Source of the DNA: Takakia lepidozioides
Taxonomy: Eukaryota; Plantae; Bryophyta
Direction of reading: 5' to 3'
Assembly: GCA_030704615.1 (NCBI GenBank)
Contig: CM060733.1
Coordinates: 47,120,001 to 47,184,000 of the forward strand
Length of the DNA stretch: 64,000 bases
Part shown: piece by piece, positions 49,101 to 62,400 of the stretch
How the letters are laid out: each line of letters starts with the position of its first letter
Position numbering within the stretch: the first letter of the stretch is position 1
The notes under the pieces: model-generated
The model's database searches: none
Told to the model about the DNA's origin: nothing
Seen by the model: the letters and a program-made list of their open reading frames with translations, nothing else
Translations under genes and position numbers: made by a program

Positions 49101-52100
49101 AGAGTCCAGTCAAACTGTGTAAGCAAGTATTACCAGCATGGTGGCAAATGTAACAGGGTCAGGCTTCAAGTGGTGTAGACGTAGCTCCATGGCTAAACTC
49201 AATGCACGCTGCATAGCACGACCCCGTATGCAGGCGTCCATGACTGTGTTGTATGTTATAATGCAAGGCCGCACACCTGGTATTAGAAACCCCATCGATC
49301 AAACACATCTGTGGTTGAGCTTCATCCCTTTCAGCAATAATTCGCAAGTTCAATGAGTTCAAAGTGTGAGAGGTCAACTGGGCCAGCTTCTTTGGCAGCT
49401 GACTCCCCCTCTGTCTTTTGGTCTCCGGATGGTTTGGGGGGCCTCCCCCCTTACTGTATTTTATGGCTCTCTCTCTGTAAAGTGCTTCTTCTGTTCAGTT
49501 TAAATTGTAGTTCAAAATAAGCAAATTGAAGCAACTCTATGAGCCTGTGAGACTCAAGCTTTTGGTCCTGATATTCCCTGCATTACTGAAACCTGTTGTG
49601 TAGCTCAAGGTTGGGTTACTTTCTGAAACTGGAAAGCTCCTTGAGTCCCATCACAAACTTTAACTGCAGACGTCTTTTTGTTTGTTGTTTAGATACTCAA
49701 TAGGAGAAATTTCTACCTTTACGTTGCATCTTTCGCAATACTCCAACCGCACCATCAGCATCACGGCAGCGTCCATGGGCTTTCAACAACGTGTTGTAAC
49801 TGTCTCTTGGCAAAGTCAGTCCTTTTAACTCCATCTCATCTACAATCTTCTTGCAGGCCTCCACATCCCCCACATTTGCATATGCTGAAACAGGACACAA
49901 GAGAAGTTCAATAACTAAAAAAGTGTAATTTTTGGCACAGTTCTGCACTGTAACACAGCTTGGGAAGCTTACGGAAACTTCAGAGGAAACATGTACCATC
50001 AAGGAGGGAGTTGAAAGTAAAGACAGAGGGAGCCACTCCTTCTGTGGTCATCTGCTGCCAGAGCCTGCGTACTACACCCAGCTGTCCTGCGCGTCCATGG
50101 CACCTGATTGCAGCACTGGTCACATCTCGCTCTCAGAAAATGGTAGAGCACTGGACTTGACTGGACTCTACAGTGGTTCCTCCAACATGTTAGATTCACC
50201 CAAGCCCCTCTCATAGGTTTCTCTTTTACAAAGTGGTGCAACAAGTTTCCCCAAAAGCACTCCCTTGAGGGCCAAGCTGTTCAGTGAATTAGGAAGAATC
50301 AGCCCTTATAGAGCCATAGGCCAAGCAGGCTTACAACGAAAAGTGGTCTATAAGTATCGTAAATTCACACTTCATGCAATGATGGTAAAACCAGTGTGTG
50401 CTTGTCTACTCAATTTAAAAACCTTTGATTATGATCCTAATGCTGCTCTGCTCCTCTAGAGACTACATCAGACCAAGCCAACGAACTTCATATTAGCCAT
50501 CATCATTATGTATGACTCAATCATTGGGTAGTTCAAGGTGACGGGTGTTTCTCAATGAGATTCACAACAACAACAGGATGAAACAAGGTTGTCTGCTCTC
50601 AACAACTCCCTTGAAAATTTGACAGTGAGACTGAAGAATGCTATTTCTTTCATTCTATTCTCTACTATGAGATCCAGGGTCGATATTACAGTCTATTCCA
50701 GGATATATGTATGTATATACATACATATACATATACATATATATATATGTGTGTGTGTGTGTGTGTATAATGGCAAAGGTAAGTCCCACTACTGGAGTGA
50801 GCCCCTCACAAAGGTAGTGTCTGCTCCGCCCAAACTGGGAGCGGGGTCTACAGCAAACAACGTCTCACGTTCTCTATGGCATTGTCGACGAGCTAATTAA
50901 GCATGGTGGCAATCCTATGGTAGAGGTCCTGGCCCTCCTCTTTAACCTGATTTGGAAATCTGAAATGATGCCCTTTTGCTGGAGAGAGGGTGTCATTGTC
51001 AACTATATAAGAAAGGCGACAGAGAAGAGGCTGGAACTACTGTGGCATTACACTTCTTAGCGCAGTTGGCAAGCTGTTTTGTAGAAGAGCTTTCCATGAA
51101 GGTCAGGGGGCTTCCGGAGAAATAAGGTTTTGACCTATCTTTACCCTAAGCCAGGGGAAAACCCACCTTTAGGATGTGAAAAATGCGTATGACACGGTAT
51201 GGCACAATCGTGGCATTGTCTATGGTCTTATGGGGTCAGAGGAAAGATGGTTCACAACCCCTGTATGTGAACACCACTCTCCCCACTGCTCTTCAATTCA
51301 TTAATCAGCTCCTTGAATATGTGGAAAGTAAGGGATTGGGGTTAAAGGTGGGTGATGCCACCATACCAGCTCTTATAGTTGTGGATGACTTCGTGGGCTT
51401 AGGGGATACTCCATCCAATCTTCAGGAGTTGATTGATTGTGCGAAGAGGTACTTTGACCTGTGGAGGCTAGAAGCCACTGTTAGTAAATGTGCAGGCCTT
51501 CAATGATTGAGGGGAGGAAGGAGAGGATCTCAAATGGACATGGGGCAGTGAGAGATCCTCCCTCCTACACATATCTTGGCGTTAACGTTTCCTCTAGGTG
51601 TATATACAAAAAGTGGTTCAAGCAGTTAAACACAAGCCTTGGGTCTCACTCAATTTTCCACTGCAGAGGGATTAACACTGAAGTGAAAAGGACCATGCGT
51701 TGCAAGGTTATTAGGCCTACCATGGAGTATGCATCTGCCATGTGGGTTGGCAACTCCAGCCATACTAAAAATTTAGAATCCATTCAGCTTTCGGTGCTCA
51801 ATTGAGAGCATGTCAGCGTGCTCTAGAACAGCTAATGTGGCTGTTTGCGGGGAATTTGGCGTACCACCCTTGAGCTCTCGACGTGATGAGTTCAGCATCA
51901 GATGGTGGGGTCAGTTGAATCGCATGCCTAATACGAGATACTCTAAGATTATCAACTCTATTTCTTGGAAGCAAGACCAGCATCCTGCTAAACAGACTAA
52001 GTCCAGGCTGACAAAAGTAGAGGAAATTTTCCAATACCCGAATATTAGGCAGGAAGAACTGGCCCTGCTAGATGAAGCTGACTTGCAGGCTGAAGTGACT

Positions 52101-54971
52101 AATCATAATGACATAATTAAGACACATACACTAATAATGTCCTTTGTTACATTCAGGCAGTCCAAGGCATCATTACCTGTAAGTGCGTTCGTCGGGCTGT
52201 ATCCCTCTTTTCCCCAACTCTTGTACAAGAAAGTCCACTCCTTCTGGGCTTTGCTCAGTCTGTCAGTGAAACCACAAAAAAAACCAGACAACATGCCAAA
52301 AGGAAGTACCTTTAGGCCTGGACCCTGATAGTTTCCACTCCTTCCAAAAGCTCATTTGCAAGTCATAGAACCCTTCTGTTTCTCTCCGTCTTGTGCATTT
52401 TCAATCTAGAGTAACTTCACGGGAAATTAACCCCCATAAATTAGAGTCTAACTGCACCATTGGACTATGCGTAAACCTCAAAACAGTCATTGTTTCCGAA
52501 ACACATGAGACCTTTTCTCTGAACCAAGGACACTGAAAAATATGATATCATCTGACTGCTACTCCAGGAAACCTTCAGATACTGTTGATGGTCCTTGCCA
52601 ACGCAGTCTTGAGGTTAAGACATACAGCCAGGGACCAAAGACAAGAACTCCCTGATATTGATTGACTCTGTATCGAAGCTAAGTGACTGATTGCTCTTAA
52701 AATCAATAATTTCTGCAATTTCTGCACTTCATACCTTGAAAGACTACCAGCCTGTACTATAATGAAGGACAAATGTCAAACAGTTTCGACAACGTGGCAG
52801 GACTTGTAACTTACCTCTAGGAGCGTGTTGTACATGACAACATCATGCTTCACTCCTTCTTTGTCCATCACCTTTCATGCAGAAATCAATCATTAGCCAT
52901 TTGCTATTCGGTTGAAGAATAGCAGAGCAGCTGAGCAATAACAAAACTGGAACATCCATGCAGCCCCATGAAACTCCAATTGGAGAAATTGGTTGCCTGT
53001 AAGTCCATCGCTGACTTCAAGGTAAAAAAAAGTCATAAAGCAACCATGCCAGGCCCAGCAGTCTGTAGTTTACGCAGTTCCCGGCATGTTGGTTTTAAAG
53101 GCTCAGTATACATGATGTTGCTCAAAGTGCATTTCCTACAAAGATCCAGATTAAGATTACCACCCACCTATCTCCTGTCCCCTTGCTCCACTCCAAGCTA
53201 TTTGAGAGAAATTCAGAGTCCAAACCAAAATGCGCTGAGCTGGCAAAGATGAAAGGAAACATATGTTGAACATACAGCAAGCAATGCAAATGCCTCTCTC
53301 CGTTGATCCAAAGAGCAGTAACCCTGTATGAGTTTTGCAAACACAAATGCGTTGATCAGAGCAGTGTTGCCCTTGGAACGGGCGTTATCCACTATCTGCT
53401 CTGCCACTCCCATTGCATCTGCATTTATGCATACCTGAGAAGCAATATTCTCATTAATCAAGTGAGTTCCATGGTTAATAGAAGAGCTGGATCACTAACC
53501 AGGAATCGCCATTTGGACATTAGTACCATCCCATTGATAGTGTTGCTGAAACTACTGCAGGATCATAGACACCAGAGCTCTTAGATTACAAAGCATGGCT
53601 AGGAGACTTTTATAAACAGCACGAACCCAGACAATTCTTGATAAGAATTTATAGTCAACTTAGAAGGTGGCGGTATTTCCTTAAGCACCACTTTGCGGAG
53701 CCCGAACCTTCCAACGCATATGCACTAATACTTTATGGTATGACATTGGTCGTCAGTCAGAACTTGTAGGGTAGTTACCAGGGGAGACAACTCACAGTGA
53801 CTGCAGCACAAATGTGCATAGCATTGACGCTTACGCCACTGTCATACATCATATCCAAAAGCTGCAATATCAGGTCAGGTCTCTCAAGCTTCGACAATTT
53901 GGACTCCTGCACGCTTGACAGAAGCCTCAGCCACTTCTTCTCTTGAGTCTTCCTTTCACTGGACTCCCCCGTTTTCTGCAAGCACGTCCAACTTGAGCAA
54001 AACACAGCAGGGACAGCTGACTGCTTACTCGAAATCTGAATTTGCCAGTAGAAACAGGACTTTGAAAAGTGCAAATCTCTTTTTCTACTGCTCCTGTGAT
54101 AATAAACAGAATGGAGCGGAGAAACAGACATTATACATACGTCCGCAGATGCACTGTCAATGATATCTTGTGCCTTCTCTATAAATATTCGAGAAGACTT
54201 TGTTTTGACAGGCGAATCCGCACGCTTGTACAGGGTTCTTGCAATCTCTTTGCTCCATGTCCCTCTCAAATATTTCCCTTCACCAAATAATCGAAATTCA
54301 TTTCTGCCCTCTACTACACCTTCAGATCTCGATGTGCCTCTATAATTAGAGAGCGGAATTGCTCCCATTGCCACCATATTTGCTCTTCCATCGCCTACAT
54401 TCGTTTCGAAATTGCAATCTGCCTCTCCCCCTACCTCCCTCTCTTGCCTGAATTTTCCAGGCTGAGCTGTGTGGCTCCGGTTATTCTCCTTCCTCGCTCC
54501 TGCGTTACGACTACTCACCTTCACGAATCCTTCTACTTTGAGCTCTCTTCCAGCTTTTCCCGGCAAGTTCTTCATCCTGATCTCACGAGCGGAAGATGCT
54601 TCAAGAACCTCCTTAGAATCATCCCTACTTCCTCTTCGAAGCTTCAAATCTTTCTCCTTCCTCGCATTTGCCAACTCTTCGTTTCCAGCTCTAGGAGCTG
54701 AATTATCCTGCCGGTTGAAGTTTAATGCGGACTTCCTATCTCCAAAAGGATCAAATCCAGATTTTCTATGACTAAGACTCAAGTCACTCACCCTGTACCT
54801 CCCCAGTTTTCCAGCAAAATGCAAGAGAAAACAATTATCCACTCCATTTTGGTCGCAGCCGAATGTCGACGCTGGAAACAATGTTACTAGAATGTTTTCA
54901 TGGCGAAATGTTGTCCCAGCGAGAAACAGAGGGAAACCATAAGAGAAGGGGAGAGGAACTACATTGGCCAT
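43164..54971 (-). CDS. Large multi-exon P-type pentatricopeptide repeat protein (both boundaries approximate)
   Basis: Minus-strand exons with PPR motifs: NAFVFAKLIQGYC (~53300), DKEGVKHDVVMYNTLLE (~52830), SAYANVGDVEACKKIVDEM...SYNTLLKAHGRCRDADGAVGVLRKM (~49720-49890), PCIITYNTVMDACIRG (~49200), YRCAVYAYVHCGEGGAAVEILERM (~48350), SFVYGALMEACIQ (~44490), LWERLRSEGVTPDAGTW (~43720). Long N-terminal exons at 53790-54810. Confidence 0.7.
50703..50768. repeat. Compound (TA/CATA/TG)n microsatellite
   Basis: Directly visible. Confidence 0.9.
50895..52100 (+). mobile_element. Degenerate non-LTR retrotransposon (LINE) RT fragment in a PPR-gene intron
   Basis: WREGVIV..KKGDREEAG....ITLLSAVGKLFCR, ALIVVDDFVGL (YADD region), YTYLGV, IRPTMEYASAMW. 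Many frameshifts. Confidence 0.75.
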
Positions 54972-55319
54972 TCAGACAACACTCCGCCCCCGAGCTACAT
55001 TGCATGTCTCTGCAGAGCGTCCTTGAAAGCTTGCATCGTCTTCCCAAAAAACATTTGCACGAAGGCTGCCCAGATCACGTTGGGTAGCCATAGAAACTTT
55101 CAAAGGCAGTTCTTGCGCGACGACAAAATCCCGGGCAGCCTGGAAAACAATTCCACGCCCATGGAATGTACTTTTATTTACTACCCGGGGCCCGTGGGGG
55201 GCAGCTGTTTACGGGGGAGGGGCCTTGAGATAATGAGAGTAGAAGGAAAGAAGGAAGGATTAGAAAATCCTGGAAACGATTAGAGAGAGAGAAAGAGAGG
55301 GAGAAGAGAGCAAGGCACG

Positions 55320-57037
55320 ATGGGGTTGCTGGAGGGTGCGGCGGAGTCGCGCATGAAGAAGAAGGTGGAAGAAGGTGTGTCCATGCTTCATTCCTTTCTT
55401 GCAAGTAAACCCCTGGCGTTCTTTTCTCAGTAATGGCTGCTGCTTTCTCCTCTCACAACTTATTTTTTATGGATTCTTGTATGTTCTTTTTAGGATGTCC
55501 TGTTGAAGAGTTTCTATCGTGGACGAAAGATCCCGTCCTCACATTCACGATACCTCCAGAAAGATGTGTAGCTCGTTCTCTTCAATTGGAGGGACGGGTT
55601 TTCAGGGGAGTAGTAGTGTGTCAGGATGGGTGAGTCTAAATCCTTTCATACGTACAATAAATGCCTCTGTTTGGTTTGTCTAATACCTATAATGAACTCC
55701 ACCAAACACCAGGTCGATGGACAGAATCTGAGAAGTTTTTTGTGCTCTCTTGGTTGGTCTTAGCACCTCATCCCCCATTGTTGACATTTAGTAAGATTGA
55801 TAACAATCTACCAAGTCAGTTTCTGTATAAATTCTAAGAATCCATTATCCTTGCTGAACTCACTACAAGGAAGCATGGATTAGGGCAGCGGTAAGAACTG
55901 GCAGGGGTCTTTCACCATAAAACCCCAAATTTGATAGTTTCAAACGTCTTACTAAGATTGGGTTCTCACACTGGTAGTGCAACTGACGTTCTCTCAATAT
56001 CATCTCTTACTTTGTATACAACTTCATACTCATATAAGCCCTAGATTATGAAGATGTCTAAGCAATGTAGTACAAGTATTGTATCCTTCACCTACTCTCT
56101 AGTACAAATCAAAGAATGGTCCTATTTTCAGTTGACCTGCTTTACTTTGTGTCATTCCATAAAGGTGAGGTGCTTGTCTTCTTAGACTAAAGTTTTGACC
56201 ATTCTCTTAAATATGTATTTGACTGTTCCCCTATATCCAGTTCCTGCCATAACAGGTTATGGATGTGTGTGTGTGTGTGAGAGAGAGTGCATCACTAATT
56301 TGTGGGCTTATGCTAGCCCTCCGCAGTAAGATGAAGGCACAAGCTCTTAAAGAGTGTGACAGCATCGTTGCAAAATTTGCTGAATGTGCAAAAGGAAAGA
56401 CCCTGTCTGTAATCTGGACATGCCGCTTGCAAGCAAGAGAGATGAATGCCTGCCTCCATCAATAGTAATTTTTTCATACCCTCTTTTCAGCATTTCCATC
56501 CTGCTGTTGACTGGTTCTTAGACTTTTATTGCCTTCTTTAAAGGTCACATTATGTGGTGATGATAGAGTCTTCTTTGCAATTAGCTTGGAATCTCATTAA
56601 ACCAGAAGAGACATTCTATTCAAGGTAGTGCAGAGGGAAGTGCAGAGTATGCAATTGACAAATGCGGGTAGGTTATGAGCACATGCCTGGCATCAGGTCA
56701 AATGCCAGTGTAGCTATCTGTGATCACAGGATATGACATTTCTAGCAAGTAATACCCTCTTTCTGTCATGCATCTCTTAAAACAAAACTCTTCCTATCCA
56801 ATTCATAGCGTTCTCAGCATGGTGAAATTTCCTTGATGTGTCGCATACAAAACAAGCAAATCTTTGAGACATTCCTCAAGTTGACTCACATCATCTGAGC
56901 AGGGTTAAGCAAAGTCAGTTGGTTGTGTGCATGACAAAATCAAAACCCTTTGTGTGTGCTGCAGTACAAATGATGAGGTTCTTGAAGTGTTTAAGAAGCA
57001 ATACACAATGGAGCAAGAGGCCCGGCAAAGGAGCTGA
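55320..57037 (+). CDS. CMC1: Cytochrome c oxidase assembly factor Cmc1-like twin Cx9C protein
   Basis: Exons 55320-55374, 56317-56464, 56965-57037 splice in frame to MGLLEGAAESRMKKKVEEALRSKMKAQALKECDSIVAKFAECAKGKTLSVIWTCRLQAREMNACLHQYTNDEVLEVFKKQYTMEQEARQRS*, with two Cx9C motifs. Confidence 0.88.
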
Positions 57038-57633
57038 TATTTTGAACTTCCTACTGTAGTTGCTTGGTTCCGTATTTCGTCTGAATGTGATTTGACGGAA
57101 TGTCAGATTTCATCATCTGCAAGATTGCAAGGTTGAGATTCCCACTGTGTTGATAGTTTACCAAAGAAGTGTGAAAAGACATCAGAGTGTTATGCAAAGG
57201 ATGTTCCTTTTTCGGACTCCTGGTTTGTCGGCTCAAATTTAATCTCAGATTGGGTAGATACTCAAACAGAGCAGAATATCTGATTTGTTGAGGCTCTTAG
57301 ACCACATTTCTGTTAGGTGTAAAGACACTTGTCTTCCTACGATGTTTCTTATTCAACTCATGAGATGCAAGTGTACAGTCATAAATCTTGTAGACTTCAG
57401 AAAGATACTTTCACTCCTGTATTTTCTTCTGCGCGGCTACTTTCCTGTGATGTTGTTGGCATGTCATAATTTTAGTAGTGGAGGTTTCTGCATGTGGCCT
57501 TTCAAGCTCTTACTGACTTGGAAATGAAAGAGATGCTATACTTACACCAATTTACATTTACTTACAAAACAGTAGTGGGAGGGTACCCTTGTTTTGTGAG
57601 AACGGCTGGCCCGGGAGTTTGTGTTTGTACCTT

Positions 57634-57706
57634 GGGCAGGTAGCCCAGTGGTTGGGTGTTTGTGCCTTGCCTGTGCATAACCTAGGTGATCCTGGGTTCA
57701 ATACCT
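57634..57706 (+). other. tRNA-derived SINE-head-like relic
   Basis: A-box-like gtagcccagtggtt and B-box-like gggttcaatacc at tRNA-like spacing; no full cloverleaf. Confidence 0.35.
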
Positions 57707-59493
57707 CAAAATGTGCCTTCAGACCGTCCATTGGGCCCTCCGATGGCCTGTGTGCTGAGCAGTAGGCTCTGTAAATTCACTGGATGTTAAAGAAACTTTC
57801 TTTTATCTCCCTCCCAAGGGTAAATGTATCTCGCTGATACATTTACCCTTGGGTGTTTGTATGGAAAGTAGGTATAAATCCAAGGTACAAGGAAAACTAT
57901 ACGCCCTGCATAGTACCATTGGGTAAATGACATTGGCCCTATTAAACAGCCCTGTGGTCATAATCCCATGTCCGCATGCATATTGGATACATCTCCCCTT
58001 CCAATCTACCCTCATAGAAGTTTATACCCACCATAGGGTAAATTTATGAACTACGTCTGACTATATAGCGTGGTCCAGGAGTTAAAAGAGGGGGCCCATG
58101 TAACAAGGCCATCTGTATTAAGGAATGAAATGAAGGGTAAAAAAAAAAACCGGCAGGAAGTTGGTAGCTTTTAAATAGGGGATGTTGATACCTATCGGCC
58201 CATCGGGAGCAGACACAACCAAAATGCCCCCATCCATCTGTGCAGCACCTGTTATCATGTTCTGTAGCCACCCCAAGTGTAAAGTGGTTGGAGTGGGCCT
58301 TATTAGGGTCTACCACGTGTCCCACCCTTCTAGAAAGGTCCCACCGCCCTCACATGGTATATATAGGAGAGTCGGGCTCTTCCTACTTACTAAGTAACTA
58401 CTTATTAAATCAGTAGCTTATTACTAGCTAGGGGGCTCTGCAGACACAGGGCCCCAAAAGAAAAAAAAACAAGAACCATAGATCTATTAATTAATAAAAA
58501 AGACTAGTATAATATGTAGAGCAATTTCATTCGGGCCCTGATTCTAGAGTGGTCCAAGAATTACTACTCTCTCACGATGCAGATGTCCATCCTGCTCCCC
58601 CCCAATCTCTCTTGCAAGTCAAGCTCCCCTTCAAGCGGTAACATGAACATTTTGCTATGTTATCCCAACCATCTCTCCCCCCTGCGCTCTTTTTCAAAAC
58701 GATGACGCAAAAGGAAAACCTAAAGCATCTGTTGAGATTTCATATTCCCAGTGTTCATCTTCATGTGCCTCTCTTCTCAAGTCTTTCTTCATTCATAAGA
58801 TCTAACAGAGTTCTTCCCATCCCCTCGGCTTCCCAAGTTGGTTTAATGAGCCACCACGCTCACACACCCTCCCTTTGCCATTGTCTCAGGCACTTAAGCT
58901 CTTGTCGCTAATCGGTGGATCCCCGAGCCCTGCAATGGTCTGCACGGTGCAGCGGTTCTTAATGAGCCTTGAAAGAGCTGCAGTATGGAGACGCTGCCAA
59001 GCCACCATGCATTCTCTATAGAAAGGGAAAACTACTCTTCTTCTTTTAACCCCTCCTTATCTGCTGCATAGACCAAGGATAGAGGCGAGCTCACGTTTTT
59101 CTCTAAATGTTCATGTTGATGCAGTTCTCCATGCATTCACCTGATTCAGCTATCTATCATCTGTAACAGCTTGTCGTAGTTGTTGTCTTCGCTCCACATC
59201 GTGCCCTCGCAAATTCCACATCTATCTCACCCCTCCACTCGCTACCTCATCCCTCACCTCCCACCACTCTAATTCTTATTCCCATTCTTGCTTCTCGCGC
59301 CTGCTGTCTGCCTGAAACGCCTGCTAATCGCAGTTCTGTTGCAGCTGTCCCATGGATTCCAGAGGTCGTGGATCCAGGAAGGCGAGACGTGGAGGAGTGT
59401 CTGGAGGTTTGTCTCCAGTAGCGAAAGCCAAAAATCAGATTTGGACTAGGAAATCCTCCATGTTGCAAGGCGAAGCTGCCTCCATTCTAGGAA

Positions 59494-62400
59494 ATGGCCC
59501 CTAAGCCTCTGCCCTCCCGCCCTCACCATTGATGACTGAGAACACATGGGAGGACACAACGATGCAAAAAGACAAGGAGCAACCTATCATAAATTTGAAC
59601 AAAGCTAAGCTGCAAGCTCAAGTGCAAAAGTTAATAAAGACAAGCATCCTCTTGTACTTCCTTGGAAAGCCGTGGACAAGAAAATCAATTCGTACTTGGA
59701 TTATCGAGCACCTAGGAACTGCTGGTGGATTGGCACAACACTTTAGCCTTTCAATGAGGAAAGGCTTCTACGCAATCATCTTCAACTCGCCCGTAGTTGC
59801 AGAAAAGGCTCTGCGCTTCAACACGCAGACATCCGCCTCTAATTTCCATGGACCCAGGATTGGGGACACAAGAAAGGCATCTTGTGCAAGCTGAGAGTCA
59901 TTGCCAACCCCTTCGTACCTCCCACGTATCTGACTTCGTTCCCAGAGATAGGTGCCAGCTTTGGCTCATTCATAGGGGCAATCAATGTTCTGGAGCCAGC
60001 TCAGGACAAAATTCTCAGTGTCGATACCGAGGTCACACATTCTCAAGTTAGTGAGGACATTGGCATCCCCAAGATCATTGTGCTCATGCCTGAAAACGCA
60101 GCCATTGGCACCTCTATCAAACTGCCCACCTTGAATGACTCATACATTGTGGTAGCAGTGAAAGAGGAGGTTCTCTCGGTGATTTGTTACCACTGCAATG
60201 CCGAAGGGCATATCAAGGCAGACTGCCCAATCATCAAGATCACAAGAAAGGAGGAGGGCTCCTCCCAGCCACTCGATACCTCCAAGGCCAATCAAACGCA
60301 GCAGGAACAAGAAGCTCAAAGAAATCCAGATGATCAAGCAATGGTTGACATGCTGCCTTCCAAGAAAAGAAAAAGAGGCTCCGAATTGATAGAAGAGATG
60401 TCCCCCAATAAACCAAATAGGATCGGGCCTCTTCCCAGTGCGCATCATGGAGGCTTGGGGATCCTTCCCATTCTCAGTCTCTGATATGTAGCAGCTGGAC
60501 TCTACCAGCTTGGCAATTATCACGATTCTGGAGTTGCATTCTTTCAAGCTCAGCCCCCTGCCAAGGTGGGAAGCAGGCTTCTCATTTGAGAGAGAAAAGT
60601 CGGCAATATGTGTCACCCCCCTGCTCTACAATTTTGTAGATGATTACACCAGTTTCTTCCTGCCAAGTGTGCAACAAGGATTTCAGTCTGCATGGGTTTC
60701 GGAAGTACTGGCTCTTCAGTTCGGCATTGGGAAAGAAAGAGAGCTCGCATTGACCCTCACGCAAAACATTCTCAATGACTTCTTTCCAAATCTAAACCTG
60801 ACTCTATCTCATATACAACATATTGGCATAATAGTTGAAAGTATTGTCTCTCTCCTAGACTTTGCCGTTGTTCATGTCATGCCCGTTATTTTCAGTAGGG
60901 GCTTGGATACCTTTGGGGCTCATAACACATGGATTTGGGTAAGTAAGCACTACCTGTCTTATATCTAGAGTCAAAGACCCCACTGAGTGGGCAAGAGGCA
61001 CGAAAATAATGGAGGTAGGTTCCAAGCTGGTAGATGAGCATTACCAGCTGCTACATCCTCGGACGGAATCCAGCAGGAGCCAAATCTCAACACACAAATG
61101 GTGCTGGCAAACACAAATCACTTCAATGCTGCAGCAGATCACTCCATCACCTTTCTACTACCGGAAGAGACAGTGGACTCGCCCCCACAGGTGAGCATCT
61201 CTACTACGTGCTCCCCCCTCTTCTTTTATGTGCTTGACCACTTAGACTGTAAACGGGTGTGGACTTTGCTGCTGGATAGTGTTCATAAGCAGAAAATCCT
61301 GCCAGCCTGGTGGAACACAACAGACCTTCCATCCTCCCCACAATCCCTCTCCCTCCTTTCAAAAGCTCTAGCGTGGGACATCTCTGCAGACATGTTTTCA
61401 GTTCTTAGAGACGGAGGGACCCACTTCATACCTTTTCAAAACAATTGCAAACGACAAAAGGCAACGATTGTGTTCACCTGTCAACTCCCTGTTTTGATCC
61501 ATCCTCCACAAGGGTTCAAGTGGTTCTCCACCCCGCCCCCATCCGACAAGCGTCCAAAGTACTCCTTCCTCCCACAATGGCCATCAAGTCACGCAAAGAG
61601 CGTGGGCCTGATAGTCACACCCACATGAATCTATCTCTTGTCTCCTGGAATGTGCGAGGTCTCGGCTCTGACCACTCCGCCCCCAAAAGGGCAAGGATCA
61701 AAGCACGGGCCTCCACTCTGTTACGTGGTTCCAATATTATATTTCTGTAAGAAAATAAATTAAATCAACAAAAGATAGCTTCCCTTGGTGCCTCCATTTG
61801 GCCAGCGCCCACAGCCTTCTAGAATTCCACCATCTCCGATTCCAGGGGGTACAACAATCCTTGCTTCCCCCTCCTTACAACAATCCATTGTCTCCCATGA
61901 GATTTGGTTGCAAGGCAAAGTGCAGCTTCTTGTCTTGAACATAGGTCAATCTTTGGGGGAGGTGGGTTTTCTAAACATCTATGCTCCGAATGGGGAGGAA
62001 GACATGATAGACCTCTAGAACCAGACCAGAAATAACATGCAGCAGCGCCATCATCTCCAGCACTGGCTGATAGGCGGCGACTTCAATATGGTGGAGGAAA
62101 AAGAGACAGGCTTGGGAGATTGGTGCATGGTCTCTCCATGACAGAAAAAAACGCATGGGATGCCATGTGCTTATTAGTGGGGCTGATCGACACTTTGTCT
62201 CCAAGCCAGGGCGAATTGAAATTCACATGGTCGAACAATAGGGACCCCCTCACTTGTGTCAGGCTCGGTTGGACAGATTTTATTGCTCCTACACTCTGAA
62301 GTCTTGGTCAACCAGTATCCCGCTGCAGCCTATCCTCCCAGAGTTTGACCATGCCATGGTGCAACTGACGCTCAACACCCCGGGGTCCAGGGTGAGAGGC

